In this document: piece after piece, positions 46,333 through 56,729 of the stretch
Layout of the letters: every line of letters starts with the position of its first letter
How positions within the stretch are numbered: position 1 is the first letter of the stretch
Source of the DNA: Candidatus Puniceispirillales bacterium
GTDB taxonomy: Bacteria > Pseudomonadota > Alphaproteobacteria > Puniceispirillales > GCA-002684695
Direction: 5' to 3'
NCBI GenBank assembly: GCA_045565515.1
Contig: JBJLFF010000002.1
Coordinates: forward strand, 3,154-67,153
Length of the DNA: 64,000 nt
The notes under the pieces: generated by a model
Database searches by the model: none
Seen by the model: only the letters and a program-made list of their open reading frames with translations
What the model was told of the DNA's origin: nothing
Translations under genes and position numbers: made by a program

Positions 46333-46533
46333 TTAAAAACTGAATATGCCAAACAGCCACTGTATTAAAATTGAAATGATAGAATCAGCTGCAAAAAAGA
46401 ATAAAGAAGCAATAACAACCATTATTAAAACAGTTATAGTGCTCGTAAGTGTGTCTTTCCTTGTAGCCCAAGTAATTCTGGTTATCTCACCTCTTACTTG
46501 TCTCACAAATTTAGCCGGACTGGTTCTAGCCAT
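46333..46533 (-). CDS. secE: Preprotein translocase SecE
   Basis: F..QVR.E..RITW.TRK plus TM helix, upstream of nusG. Confidence 0.93.
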   Translation of the reverse strand: MARTSPAKFVRQVRGEITRITWATRKDTLTSTITVLIMVVIASLFFFAADSIISILIQWLFGIFSF

Positions 46534-46737
46534 TTCTTGAAATCTTTTCTAACGTATAGTGTAACTTGTCAAGTCTAAGTCGCTTTAATACAAAATAAAT
46601 ATATTTATGTCCATAGATTTTTATAATTATTTTTATATTTTTTATAAAAAAATATATCAAATTAAGTTTGATATTATAGATTAAATATTGAAACTAATAC
46701 TTATACTTTAAAAATTAAATCTATTATAGGTGAAAAA

Positions 46738-47667
46738 GTGAAGTGCGTAATAAAAGTAGGCGAAGCGAGAGCTAAATGGTGGAAGTCTCATATGAATAAT
46801 CTTTTGCCAGATATAGACTTTTATTTAAAAGATGAAAATTATAGCAAAAACGATATAGAATTAGCTATAGTTTGGAAACCCGAAAATGGATGGTTAAAAT
46901 CATTCAAAAATCTAAAATGTATAATTTCTATGGGATCAGGTATAGATCATGTATTAATTGACCCTCATCTTCCAAAAAATATCCCCATAATTAAAACAAC
47001 TGGCAATGATCTTAAGTTAAGGATGAGAGAGTATGTTGTTCTTCATTCTCTCAAACATCACAGAAACCTAAATAAAGTTATAGAAGCAAGAAACAATAAA
47101 GAATGGAGACAAATAATTGAACCTCCGGCCAACAGAAGAACTATCGGTATAATGGGTTTAGGAAATTTAGGCCTTGACTGTGCTATAGCTCTTAGAAATT
47201 TAGGTTTTATTGTAAACGGATGGTCTAAGAGTAGGAAAAACATTGATGGTATTAAAACTTTTTCAGGAATTGAAGAACTTAATAATTTCATTGAAGATGT
47301 TGAAATATTAATTTGCATGTTACCATTAACTGATGCAACTAGGGGAATACTTAACTTAAAGCTTTTTAATAATATGAAAAAAGATTCTTGCCTTATAAAT
47401 GTTGCTAGAGGAGAACATTTGGTTGAGGAAGATTTGTTAATAGCATTTAAAAAAGGAATAATAAAGGAAGCAACTTTAGACGTATTTCACTCTGAGCCGT
47501 TACCAGAAAATCATAAATTTTGGGATAATCCAAAAATTATGATTACGCCACATATAGCAAGTTTACTAGACCCTGAAGCTGGTGGGGAAAATATTGCACA
47601 AAATATTACTAAGTTTATTAATGGTGAAAGTATTAAAAACTTGATACCGCCGGGTAAAGACTATTAA
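46738..47667 (+). CDS. D-2-hydroxyacid dehydrogenase (glyoxylate/hydroxypyruvate reductase A, GhrA-like)
   Basis: GIMGLGNLG, LPLT..TRGILN, INVARG, LDVF..EPLP, TPHIAS. Confidence 0.88.
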   Translation: MKCVIKVGEARAKWWKSHMNNLLPDIDFYLKDENYSKNDIELAIVWKPENGWLKSFKNLKCIISMGSGIDHVLIDPHLPKNIPIIKTTGNDLKLRMREYVVLHSLKHHRNLNKVIEARNNKEWRQIIEPPANRRTIGIMGLGNLGLDCAIALRNLGFIVNGWSKSRKNIDGIKTFSGIEELNNFIEDVEILICMLPLTDATRGILNLKLFNNMKKDSCLINVARGEHLVEEDLLIAFKKGIIKEATLDVFHSEPLPENHKFWDNPKIMITPHIASLLDPEAGGENIAQNITKFINGESIKNLIPPGKDY

Positions 47668-49254
47668 TCAAGCTCTTACAAAATCCTTATCTGTTTTTAA
47701 ACTATTTATTATAAAACTATTTTCGACAACAGCAGTGGCAGTTGGCGAAGAAACATCACTAATCCCAAAATTTACACCATCAGAATTTCTCAATACACCT
47801 GATGGACATGAATATAATTTTGGGAAAACTATATTCTGAGCGATTTTGACTTTAAAATATTTTTTAAGTTCTTTTATAGTTGTTGAATCTATTTTTGGAT
47901 CAACAGTTATAGTATTTGTCTCGTTCACATCTATTCTAGGAAGATTAAAAGCCTCTTCAATAGTAAAATCATAGTCTAATAGAAAGCCAGCAATTTGCAT
48001 GGTACAAGGGACTATATGATTTGCTCCTGAAGCCCCTATAGAAAAAAATGCTTTGTCATTTTTTACACAAATCGTTGGACACATATTGGAAGAGTTTATT
48101 CTTTTTCTTCCTGACATTGAAGTTGGATAACCCGGCCTTGGATCAAAGTATGACACTGAATTATTCATAAGTATACCTGTTTTAGGCAAAACTACCTTTG
48201 ATCCAAATCTATTTAAAAGTGTATATGTTAAAGCCACCATATTACCTTCGCTGTCAACTGAGCTCATATGAGAAGTACATCCATGATTAACAATTTTCTT
48301 AAGCTTTTTTCTGTGTAGCTTAAATGCATAATTTAATGCTTGAGCGTAATTTACATATGTTTCTGAACCAAAAGATTTTGAATTTAAATTCTCTTCAATA
48401 AACTTAAATGTATCCTTTAATCTACTGCCCCCACTATTTTCACCAGCTGTAAATATAGTTTTCCCTTTATAATTAAAACTTAATGGTTCGATTAATTCAG
48501 GCTTATAAGAAGAAAGGTCTTCTAATGTAATCCTACTTCCACCTGTTTTTAAGTCATTGGATATTTCTTCAGCTAATTTACCATTATAAAACTCGTTAGC
48601 ACCTTTTTCAGAAATAATTCTCAATGTTTTTGATAAATTTCCCAAAGAAAGATATTGTTCGGGATTTGGAGGGAATCCGTTTGGCAAATATATATTTGAA
48701 CTTTCTTCAAATTTACTAAGTTCTTTTGATTCTAACGCTATTTGCAAAGTTGTTATCCAATCAACCGGCAAACCTCTTTCAGCTAAATCTATTGTCTTGC
48801 TTAAAATGCTATCAATTCCCAATGTTCCATAGTTATCTAAAGCCATAGATAACCCTGCAACAGCACCAGGAACTGTAATTGATTTATACCCTAAGATATT
48901 TTCTTGATTTTGAACGCCAGGAAAGCCCATTATTGTTTCTGGCAAATTATTATCTATTGGGTAGTCCTCAAATGAAATTGATTTGGGTAAAATTCCTTGA
49001 AAATCTATTACCTTCATTTCTTTTGTTTTGGCAAGCCAAATTAAAATATAACCACTACCTCCCAAGCCACACATCCAAGGTTCAACAACATTCAAGGCAA
49101 AAGCACATGCTATCGCTGCATCAATAGCATTTCCTCCTTTGTTCAAAGCATCTGCTCCAACTGAAGATGCCAACCAGTGCTGTGATGCAACTAAACCTTT
49201 TTCTGAAGAAACAGCGTTTTTAGATATATTCCATTGTTCTACATTTTCATTCAT
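47668..49254 (-). CDS. Cytoplasmic gamma-glutamyltransferase-family Ntn hydrolase
   Basis: GGNAIDAAIA, GLGG, VPG, T-S-H nucleophile (CTSHMSSVD.EGN), FGSKV....TGILMNN; no signal peptide. Confidence 0.88.
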   Translation of the reverse strand: MNENVEQWNISKNAVSSEKGLVASQHWLASSVGADALNKGGNAIDAAIACAFALNVVEPWMCGLGGSGYILIWLAKTKEMKVIDFQGILPKSISFEDYPIDNNLPETIMGFPGVQNQENILGYKSITVPGAVAGLSMALDNYGTLGIDSILSKTIDLAERGLPVDWITTLQIALESKELSKFEESSNIYLPNGFPPNPEQYLSLGNLSKTLRIISEKGANEFYNGKLAEEISNDLKTGGSRITLEDLSSYKPELIEPLSFNYKGKTIFTAGENSGGSRLKDTFKFIEENLNSKSFGSETYVNYAQALNYAFKLHRKKLKKIVNHGCTSHMSSVDSEGNMVALTYTLLNRFGSKVVLPKTGILMNNSVSYFDPRPGYPTSMSGRKRINSSNMCPTICVKNDKAFFSIGASGANHIVPCTMQIAGFLLDYDFTIEEAFNLPRIDVNETNTITVDPKIDSTTIKELKKYFKVKIAQNIVFPKLYSCPSGVLRNSDGVNFGISDVSSPTATAVVENSFIINSLKTDKDFVRA

Positions 49255-49338
49255 TGTAAGTTTAGATTAGAAATTGTTTTATGTAATTTCAAGCTGTAAA
49301 ATTTAATATAATAAGCATTAGAGAAAGGAAAAAATAAC

Positions 49339-50007
49339 TTGACCTATATTTTAAATGACATGCCAAACCAAATCAAAGAAGCTCTATTAAAAAAATCTCT
49401 AAAAGCTGAAACAGCTACTATTGGTCACAAAAGACATATGGGATTTGCAAATAGAAATATTCAAAATATTCTTAATAAAAAAATTACTATTGCAGGAACT
49501 GCTGTAACATTAGCTATTCCAGGGCAAGACTCTACATTGCTTCATCACATAATACAATTTCTAAGACCTGGAGATATTTTATGTATAGACAGATTAGGGG
49601 ATGACAAACACGCTTGCTTAGGTGGCGGAGTAGCTGCTGCTATAGTTGCTAGTGGATGCTCAGGTGTTATTATTGATGGGCCTTGTACAGATACGCCTGA
49701 ATTAAAAGAATACGGACTTCAAGTTTGGTGCAAAGGCACCTCACCTATTACAACAAGAATATACAATATAGGTGGTAGTTTTAACGTTCCTATATCTATT
49801 GGTGGCTCAGTAGTTAATCCTGGGGATTTAGTAATAGCAGATTTTTCTGGAGTATTGATAATGCCAGAAAATGAAGCAGAAATTGATATTGATTGGGCTT
49901 TAGGAAAACAGAAAGCTGAACCCTCTACACACAAGAAATTATTTGATGGTAAATATATTGGAGATCTATCAGGGGCATCGAATTTAGTTAAAAATAAATC
50001 TAGCTAA
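49339..50007 (+). CDS. RraA / HMG-CHA aldolase family protein
   Basis: AGTAVT, PGD.L.ID, ACLGG, IIDG..TD, V.PGDLVIAD..GV. Confidence 0.85.
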   Translation: MTYILNDMPNQIKEALLKKSLKAETATIGHKRHMGFANRNIQNILNKKITIAGTAVTLAIPGQDSTLLHHIIQFLRPGDILCIDRLGDDKHACLGGGVAAAIVASGCSGVIIDGPCTDTPELKEYGLQVWCKGTSPITTRIYNIGGSFNVPISIGGSVVNPGDLVIADFSGVLIMPENEAEIDIDWALGKQKAEPSTHKKLFDGKYIGDLSGASNLVKNKSS

Positions 50008-51299
50008 TTAATGGGTGTGTCAGGTCCTAAAACATAATTTGGTAGCCATAAAGTTAACTCTGGAATGTAAGTCAATAAAATAAGAACTAACATTAAAGGT
50101 ATCATAAATGGTAAAACTGCCAATGATACTTTTTCGAAAGGTACTTTACCAACCTCTACCATTATATATAATCCTATTCCCATTGGAGGTGTTGCGATAC
50201 CAATAAGTAATCCCAGTTGAATAATGATACCAAAGTGGACCCTATCTATCCCAAAACTGTCAATAACAGGAAGTAACATTGGCACTAGAAGAAGTTTTGC
50301 AGGAACACCCTCAACAACGCACCCTACCAAGATTATAAAAACAAGAAGCAAAGCTAAAAATACATTTTTAGATTCAGTCAAAGCAAAGATAGAATAACCT
50401 ATCATTTGCGGGACTTGCTCAATTGCTAATAACCATCCCATAGCAATTGAAAAACCAATTATAATCATGATAACTGATGTCATTAGCATTGTATCGGTAA
50501 GAGCTTTCCATAAATTTGAAAAATTTAATGTTTTGTAAAATAATCCTAACATCATTGAATAAACGCAAGCCAGAACACCAGCCTCTGTGGCTGTAACAAA
50601 CCCACCAAGAATAGAACCTAAAATAATACCTGGTGCCACAAGAGCCAGAATTCCATCCCAAGCAGAGGAAATTACCTCTTTTGAAGATGCTTTTTTTTGT
50701 GTGGGAAAATTATGTTTAATTGCCAAAAGCCTATTAAATAGCATTAAAGACAATCCAATAATAATTCCTGGTATCATACCTGCCAAAAACATTCTTTCAA
50801 CAGATTGCTGTGCTAAAAAAGCAAAAATTACCAATCCAATAGACGGGGGTATAATCGGCCCAACAACAGCTGAACATACTGTAACTGCAGCTGCAAATTC
50901 AGGTTTATAACCTCTTTCTTTCATAGCTTTTATTTCTATAGCCCCTAAACCAGCGCAATCAGCAACAGCCGCTCCAGACACACCAGCAAAAATCATAGAA
51001 GATAAAACGTTTACCTGAGCTAAACCTGCTTTAAAATGACCAACTAATGAATTTGCAAAATTAAAAATTCTATCTGTCATTCCAACTACATTCATAAGAT
51101 TACCTGCCATTATAAAAAATGGAACTGCCGCCAAAGAAGGCTTATTAACACCCTCTAAAATTTGTTGAGGAATAATATACAAAGAGTCAGAAAAATCACT
51201 TGTTAAAAAAGTCATTAGAACAGCAGCACCAATTGCTATAGATACAGGCACCCTGATTAATATTAAAAATATAAAACCTACAAAAAGTAATATAAACAT
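50004..51299 (-). CDS. dctM: TRAP transporter large permease
   Basis: AVPFFIMAG, SGAAVAD, GPIIPPS, TPPMG. Confidence 0.93.
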   Translation of the reverse strand: MFILLFVGFIFLILIRVPVSIAIGAAVLMTFLTSDFSDSLYIIPQQILEGVNKPSLAAVPFFIMAGNLMNVVGMTDRIFNFANSLVGHFKAGLAQVNVLSSMIFAGVSGAAVADCAGLGAIEIKAMKERGYKPEFAAAVTVCSAVVGPIIPPSIGLVIFAFLAQQSVERMFLAGMIPGIIIGLSLMLFNRLLAIKHNFPTQKKASSKEVISSAWDGILALVAPGIILGSILGGFVTATEAGVLACVYSMMLGLFYKTLNFSNLWKALTDTMLMTSVIMIIIGFSIAMGWLLAIEQVPQMIGYSIFALTESKNVFLALLLVFIILVGCVVEGVPAKLLLVPMLLPVIDSFGIDRVHFGIIIQLGLLIGIATPPMGIGLYIMVEVGKVPFEKVSLAVLPFMIPLMLVLILLTYIPELTLWLPNYVLGPDTPIN

Positions 51300-51300
51300 A

Positions 51301-51867
51301 CTAAGTTTTTTCCTGGCTATATGACGGTAAATCCTCAGGAAAACCCAAATATGTTTTTAATAATTCAAGAAATGAATTTATAAAAATTAATAAACATGAA
51401 ATACCGAGAGGAATTGATAAAGTATATCTTTCTAGCTCACCTCCCCAAGGAGTTAGCACACCATCTATAACTCCAACTTGACTAGAAATTATTACAGGCA
51501 TTTCTTTCAAAATGAAGCCCATAATTATCATAATTAATATTGGAACTATGTATCTAGTTGCTAAAATAGCTTTTGATCCAAGATTAATAATTAAAAAATC
51601 GACAACTATATCTTTTTTTTGCCTGTAAACTACATAAAAACCAAAAAATGTCATCCAAACAAAAAGTTGCATTGTCCATGGCCAAATCCAATAAAATGAT
51701 ACGGTAAATAACCTGAGGAATATTGTTGCAAAGGTTCCAACTAGCATTAATCCCAAGCAGATGTTAGCTATCACTAAAAAGGCAAAAGAAAACTTATCTA
51801 AAATGTTATCAAGGAAATGGACCACTCTAAAAAGTGGTCCATTATTATATTTTTCATTCATAACCAA
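51301..51867 (-). CDS. dctQ: TRAP transporter small permease
   Basis: Four TM helices; located between dctP and dctM. Confidence 0.85.
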   Translation of the reverse strand: MVMNEKYNNGPLFRVVHFLDNILDKFSFAFLVIANICLGLMLVGTFATIFLRLFTVSFYWIWPWTMQLFVWMTFFGFYVVYRQKKDIVVDFLIINLGSKAILATRYIVPILIMIIMGFILKEMPVIISSQVGVIDGVLTPWGGELERYTLSIPLGISCLLIFINSFLELLKTYLGFPEDLPSYSQEKT

Positions 51868-51874
51868 ACAATGA

Positions 51875-52876
51875 TTATCTAGTAGCCTCTACAGCTGCAA
51901 GAAAACCCTCAGGCAATTCACCTGCCTGTTGTTTATTTGTATAAAAATCAGCCATAATCTTAACAAATGGGCTTCTATCTACTGAGCCAAATGTTACTCC
52001 TTTTGATTTCATTCGACCAAGAGATTCATCAGCAGCTTCACCCATTACTGTAAAGCTATATTTACCTGCATCTGAATAAGCTTTGTCTACTGCTGACTTA
52101 AGGTCACCTGATAATTTATCATATGAAGGCTGGTGAACCATGAAACCAATAGATTGATAGTATTCATCATGTTTAATTATATGTGGAGCAACTTCATAAA
52201 ATCTCATTGATTCAACTAATGCTATAGGGCTATTAACCGCATCAACTATTCCTTTATCAATTGATTGATAGACATCAGTCCAAGCTAATGTTCTTACATC
52301 AGCTCCAATAGTTGTCCATGTATCGATTGCAAGCTGGCTAGGATGCATTCTTAGCTTTAATCCCTTTATATCATCAAAAGCTTTTACATCTCTTGTAGTA
52401 ACCATAACTCGGTAAGGACCTCGTAGTATTGCAGTTACGTCTCCAAGAACACCAATACCTGCTTCATCAGAGGCTTTTTGATACCACCCTTTAACAAGGT
52501 CTGAGTTCATAAACCTTACCCAGTGATCACGATCATCAAACATAAAAGCGGCACTTGTCCAAGTTATATCTTTTACCCACTTTTTCATGTATGTTGAACC
52601 TTCAGCATAAAGGTGAACAGTTCCCATTTTAAGCTGTTCTAGGACAGCGTTAGTTTTACCAAGTTGTTCATTTGGAAACATTTTAATCATCATTTTACCG
52701 TTTGAGTATTCATCAACTAAATCGGCAAATTTTTGGAATACTTTTCCTTCTGGACTATCAGGGGGCATCTTATGAGCCATTCTCCAAGTCACATCTGCTG
52801 CTAAAGCAATATTTACAGAAAAAAATAATCCAATCAAACCACCTAATGATATCATTTTTAATACTTTATTAAGCAC
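51875..52876 (-). CDS. dctP: TRAP transporter substrate-binding protein
   Basis: Signal peptide; FPNEQLG, GLKLR, W.DVYQSI..G.VD. Confidence 0.9.
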   Translation of the reverse strand: MLNKVLKMISLGGLIGLFFSVNIALAADVTWRMAHKMPPDSPEGKVFQKFADLVDEYSNGKMMIKMFPNEQLGKTNAVLEQLKMGTVHLYAEGSTYMKKWVKDITWTSAAFMFDDRDHWVRFMNSDLVKGWYQKASDEAGIGVLGDVTAILRGPYRVMVTTRDVKAFDDIKGLKLRMHPSQLAIDTWTTIGADVRTLAWTDVYQSIDKGIVDAVNSPIALVESMRFYEVAPHIIKHDEYYQSIGFMVHQPSYDKLSGDLKSAVDKAYSDAGKYSFTVMGEAADESLGRMKSKGVTFGSVDRSPFVKIMADFYTNKQQAGELPEGFLAAVEATR

Positions 52877-52986
52877 AATAAGATCTCCTTTTAAATTTGA
52901 TTAATAATTTAAATTATTCATCGATAATTTTTGTTGTGTCAATATCAATTTGTATTAACTAATATTAATAAATCATCATAATAAAA

Positions 52987-53625
52987 TTATTCTTTGATTA
53001 TTTTACCATCCTCATCAATTAAAGGTCTTTTTTTAGAAAAAATATTACTATCATTAATTATTCCATAATCCATATAGCCAAGCCTTCCCAACGGCTTAGC
53101 TTTTCTAGTATCAAATAATCCATTTTTTATATACTTATCATCAATGTAAATTCCTTTAACATGACCAAATACAACGTAACTTCCAGATAAATCTGATCTA
53201 TCTGAACCTGGTAAATCAATTACTTTCCATAATTCACATTCAAGGGCAGCAGGACTTTCACCAACATAAGGCGCGTTTACAAAATTTCCATCTTTAGGAA
53301 CTAGACCTGATAACTCAAATTCATCTTGACCATACTTAGTGCTAGCAGAAGAATAATTCATTTTATTAAATAATTTTTCAGTTGCGAGTGAACAAGTAAA
53401 TACTTTTGTTTCTTCTATATTTTTAATTGAATCTTTAAATCCAGTAGAAGCAAACATTATAAAGTATGGTTTATCTGATATTGCATTAAAATAACTGTAC
53501 GGGGCTAGGTTGTTAGTGCCCTCCTTATTTCTAGTTCCAATCCATCCTATAGGTCTAGGTGAAACTAATGCTTTAAATGGGTCATGGGGTAAATTATGGT
53601 CATTTTTTTCTGTATTATAATGCAA
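52987..53625 (-). CDS. Flavin reductase-like protein (DIM6/NTAB family)
   Basis: PFKALVSPRPIGWI, NLAPYS.FN, P.V.ESPAALEC, RLGY. Confidence 0.88.
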   Translation of the reverse strand: MHYNTEKNDHNLPHDPFKALVSPRPIGWIGTRNKEGTNNLAPYSYFNAISDKPYFIMFASTGFKDSIKNIEETKVFTCSLATEKLFNKMNYSSASTKYGQDEFELSGLVPKDGNFVNAPYVGESPAALECELWKVIDLPGSDRSDLSGSYVVFGHVKGIYIDDKYIKNGLFDTRKAKPLGRLGYMDYGIINDSNIFSKKRPLIDEDGKIIKE

Positions 53626-53742
53626 TTTGTAACCTTTATTTTTAATTAATATTATAAATATATACTTTTAAAAATTAGATTATAAAAGTAATTTAGCAGA
53701 ATATATAAAATTTCATTTTCAATAATTTAGAAGGAAAATAAA

Positions 53743-54468
53743 ATGTCTATTTGGGGAAGTTTGATTGGGGGAGCTATAGGATTTTCCTTTGGTGGACCAT
53801 TAGGAATGCTATTAGGATCATTTATAGGTGGACGAATTTCAAAAGCAAGATCTTCAATAAGGCATTCCTCTTTTCAACAAAATCAGGAAATTTTTGCTAT
53901 TTCACTTATAGTTTTATCAGCAAAATTAAGCAAAGCTGATGGACAAGTAAGCAAAGAAGAAATAGCAGCAATTAAAGATAAGCTTAAGATCCCTAAATCA
54001 GAAATGACCCAAGTCGGTAAAATATTTAATAAAGCAAAAGAAGAAAGTACCGGTTATGAGGTGTATGCAGAGCAAATTGCACAGATATTTAGAAATAACC
54101 TAAACGTTCTTGAAGAAGTAATTAATATTTTATTTTATGTTGCTGAAGCAGATGGAGTTGTTAGTAAATCAGAAGAAATTATGATTGAAGATATTGCTAG
54201 AATTTTTGGATTAAGCAAATCGCAATATGATGGTATTAAGGAAAGTAGAAAGTCTTCAGATAAACTTAACCCCTATTTAGTTCTAGAGAGTTCACCTAGT
54301 GACAGTCTTCAAACAATACGAAAAAGATATCTGAAATTGTCAAAGGAACATCACCCAGATTTATTAATGAGCAAGGGTGTACCAGAAGAAGTAATAGCTG
54401 AAAGTAAAAATAAGATGCGATCTATAAACGCAGCTTGGGACCAAATACAAAAATCAAAATCTAACTAG
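53743..54468 (+). CDS. DjlA-like co-chaperone (TerB plus J domain)
   Basis: N-terminal Gly-rich TM, KADG.VS..E, HHPD J-domain motif. Confidence 0.88.
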   Translation: MSIWGSLIGGAIGFSFGGPLGMLLGSFIGGRISKARSSIRHSSFQQNQEIFAISLIVLSAKLSKADGQVSKEEIAAIKDKLKIPKSEMTQVGKIFNKAKEESTGYEVYAEQIAQIFRNNLNVLEEVINILFYVAEADGVVSKSEEIMIEDIARIFGLSKSQYDGIKESRKSSDKLNPYLVLESSPSDSLQTIRKRYLKLSKEHHPDLLMSKGVPEEVIAESKNKMRSINAAWDQIQKSKSN

Positions 54469-54535
54469 ATGATTTTCAAGTATGAGAAAATTTTCTTTTT
54501 CAAATAGACAGCCTACCATAAAAGCCTATTTATAA

Positions 54536-54823
54536 TTAAATTGGTAAAACACCTCTTATTATATTGATGAGTGGAAGTAGTTTTTGAACTAGGAGTTGAA
54601 AAATACCTATTGGATTGGTTAAAAATGGAACAAATTTTTGAAAAATTAAAACAAGTTTTGGTAATAAAAAATAAACACCCGCAAAAATAACAACTAAAAA
54701 AATTATAGGCAAAAAGATATTGTAAGAAGAATTATTTCGAACTTTCTGACTATTAGAAAAATATCTATAGACTACCCATAAAATATACGTTGCGAGTAAA
54801 AGTATTAAAAGAATTCTAATCAT
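54536..54823 (-). CDS. Hypothetical membrane protein
   Basis: Hydrophobic 95-aa ORF. Confidence 0.55.
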   Translation of the reverse strand: MIRILLILLLATYILWVVYRYFSNSQKVRNNSSYNIFLPIIFLVVIFAGVYFLLPKLVLIFQKFVPFLTNPIGIFQLLVQKLLPLINIIRGVLPI

Positions 54824-54874
54824 ATAAATAATGCTAAAATTATATTATATTTTTTAAAGCTTTTTATAGTTTTT

Positions 54875-55066
54875 TTATTTTGTTCCAACAATTCCGTTAA
54901 CTATTCCTATAGGACTTAATGATTGTGTAACTCCATCTCGACCACTTACATTACCATTAATATTTGATGAAAAGTCTGTATTTTTTTTTCCAACAAAAGT
55001 CATTACAACATATAAAAAGGTTATAAAAACTATCGCAAATATTATCATTATTGAAAAACTTCTCAT
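54875..55066 (-). CDS. Small hypothetical protein with N-terminal TM
   Basis: 63-aa ORF co-oriented with neighbours. Confidence 0.45.
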   Translation of the reverse strand: MRSFSIMIIFAIVFITFLYVVMTFVGKKNTDFSSNINGNVSGRDGVTQSLSPIGIVNGIVGTK

Positions 55067-55128
55067 TACAAAAATTCAATCATATAATTCTAAAGTATAT
55101 ATTTATGAAATAGTCACTTAAAGGTCAT

Positions 55129-55539
55129 TTAGCAATTATTTTGTGATGAAGACATTTCATCTATCCTCATTGGCATTGTATCTATTTCATCAAAAAAAGT
55201 ACTTAAAAAACTTAAGTCTTTTGAATAAAGCTTAACTTGACCATCATAACCAACTAACCAAAACCCGTTTTGATTTTTAATATAAGTTGGTGTTTGGTAA
55301 TTTTTGTTAATACCATTTTGAAAAGGTATAAACTCAAGATTTCTATCATTAAAGTCACATAAATTATTTGCAATAAACTGTTTAGTTTTTTTTAAAAAAT
55401 TTAAATTAGAATTATCTAAAGATAAAATTACCAGTCTTTTCTCCCACATAAAAGTCGATAGTGATAACTTCTCTGCATTTGACTGTACTGACATAAAAAA
55501 AATCAATAAAATTAAAGTTACAATATATTTAATAATCAT
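55129..55539 (-). CDS. DUF4174-family protein
   Basis: Signal peptide; W.KR, DR.L, LVG.DG.VK, F..IDTMPMR..EM. Confidence 0.8.
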   Translation of the reverse strand: MIIKYIVTLILLIFFMSVQSNAEKLSLSTFMWEKRLVILSLDNSNLNFLKKTKQFIANNLCDFNDRNLEFIPFQNGINKNYQTPTYIKNQNGFWLVGYDGQVKLYSKDLSFLSTFFDEIDTMPMRIDEMSSSQNNC

Positions 55540-55568
55540 TTTTTTTTATTAAAACTATTTTGAATATA

Positions 55569-56729
55569 TCAAGAAATTAAATCTGATTTAAAATTAGAAA
55601 AAGGATTATTTATTAAATTAAAGTGATTAGATAAAACATGATTATATAGAGATCTATAGTCTACTTGGAACGCTAAATTATTATTATTTAATTTATTGAA
55701 ATTTAACTCCCCTCCAAATATTCCTCCTTTAATCGATCCCCCAAGAAGAAAGTGTGGTGCAGCCATTCCATGATCAGTTCCACGTGAGCCATTCTCATTT
55801 GCTCGCCTTCCGAATTCAGAATATGTCATAATTATTGTATCATTCCATATACCTATTCTTTTTAGGTTTTTAACTAGATCTGATATTCCTTCACTTAATT
55901 CTCTCAGTAAATCTCGGTGCTTCCAATATTGATCAATATGCGTATCAAAACTTCCCATAGAAGCTTTAAAAACAGGGATATTTACACCAGCATCAATAAG
56001 CGAGATAACTTGAGATAGTTGAGAACCTAAAGCACCTCTACCTATTTTAAAATTTGAATTTTTCTTACTCAATTTATTTTTTAGAGATTTTATATTAATC
56101 GCATTTTCTTTTCTTTGCTTAATTAGTTCTCCAAGAAGGCCAATATTATTATCAGCTAAAGTTGGAATTGTAGAATCTCTAGATTCAAGTTCTGACGGGT
56201 TATAGTCTATTGAGTTTGGTCCTAAATAACCATCAAGTCCACCTTTAAAAACTCCTGGTGCTGCATCAAGATGGATAGCTTTTGCATCTATTTTTGATAA
56301 TTTAGAAATACTGTCCAATGAAGGAACTAGCCATCCATCTCTTCCTTTTGACATACCGTCACCACCAGTTTCCCAAAGTTCAATTGACCGGAAATGAGAA
56401 AGTACTGGCTGAGGATAACCTAAATTTTGAATTATTTTTAATTCCCCATTTTCATATAATTTTGCAAGCCCCTCAAGGGAAAAATGAAGGCCAATATTTT
56501 TATCAATTGTAAGTATTTCGTCTCTCTTTATTGCAATATTAGGTCTTAATTTATAATAAAAATTATTACTGTAAGGAATTACTGTATTTAGACCATCATT
56601 AGCTCCTTGAAGCTCAATTAAAATCAATACTTTATTACCTAGATTATTCGACCTTAATAAATTAGGGTATAGGCTAAACAAAGATGATGATATAAAAAAG
56701 TTATTAAATTTTCTTCTATTTAATTTCAT
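55569..56729 (-). CDS. DUF1501-family protein (Tat signal)
   Basis: LNRRKF; LQGANDGLN, SHFRS, FDTH, SEFGRR..EN...GTDHG. Confidence 0.9.
   Translation of the reverse strand: MKLNRRKFNNFFISSSLFSLYPNLLRSNNLGNKVLILIELQGANDGLNTVIPYSNNFYYKLRPNIAIKRDEILTIDKNIGLHFSLEGLAKLYENGELKIIQNLGYPQPVLSHFRSIELWETGGDGMSKGRDGWLVPSLDSISKLSKIDAKAIHLDAAPGVFKGGLDGYLGPNSIDYNPSELESRDSTIPTLADNNIGLLGELIKQRKENAINIKSLKNKLSKKNSNFKIGRGALGSQLSQVISLIDAGVNIPVFKASMGSFDTHIDQYWKHRDLLRELSEGISDLVKNLKRIGIWNDTIIMTYSEFGRRANENGSRGTDHGMAAPHFLLGGSIKGGIFGGELNFNKLNNNNLAFQVDYRSLYNHVLSNHFNLINNPFSNFKSDLIS

Noticed and set aside
46534-46737. Duplicated tRNA-Trp 3' end (att) near secE
   Set aside because: No match to CGCTCCTGCCA or its reverse complement found
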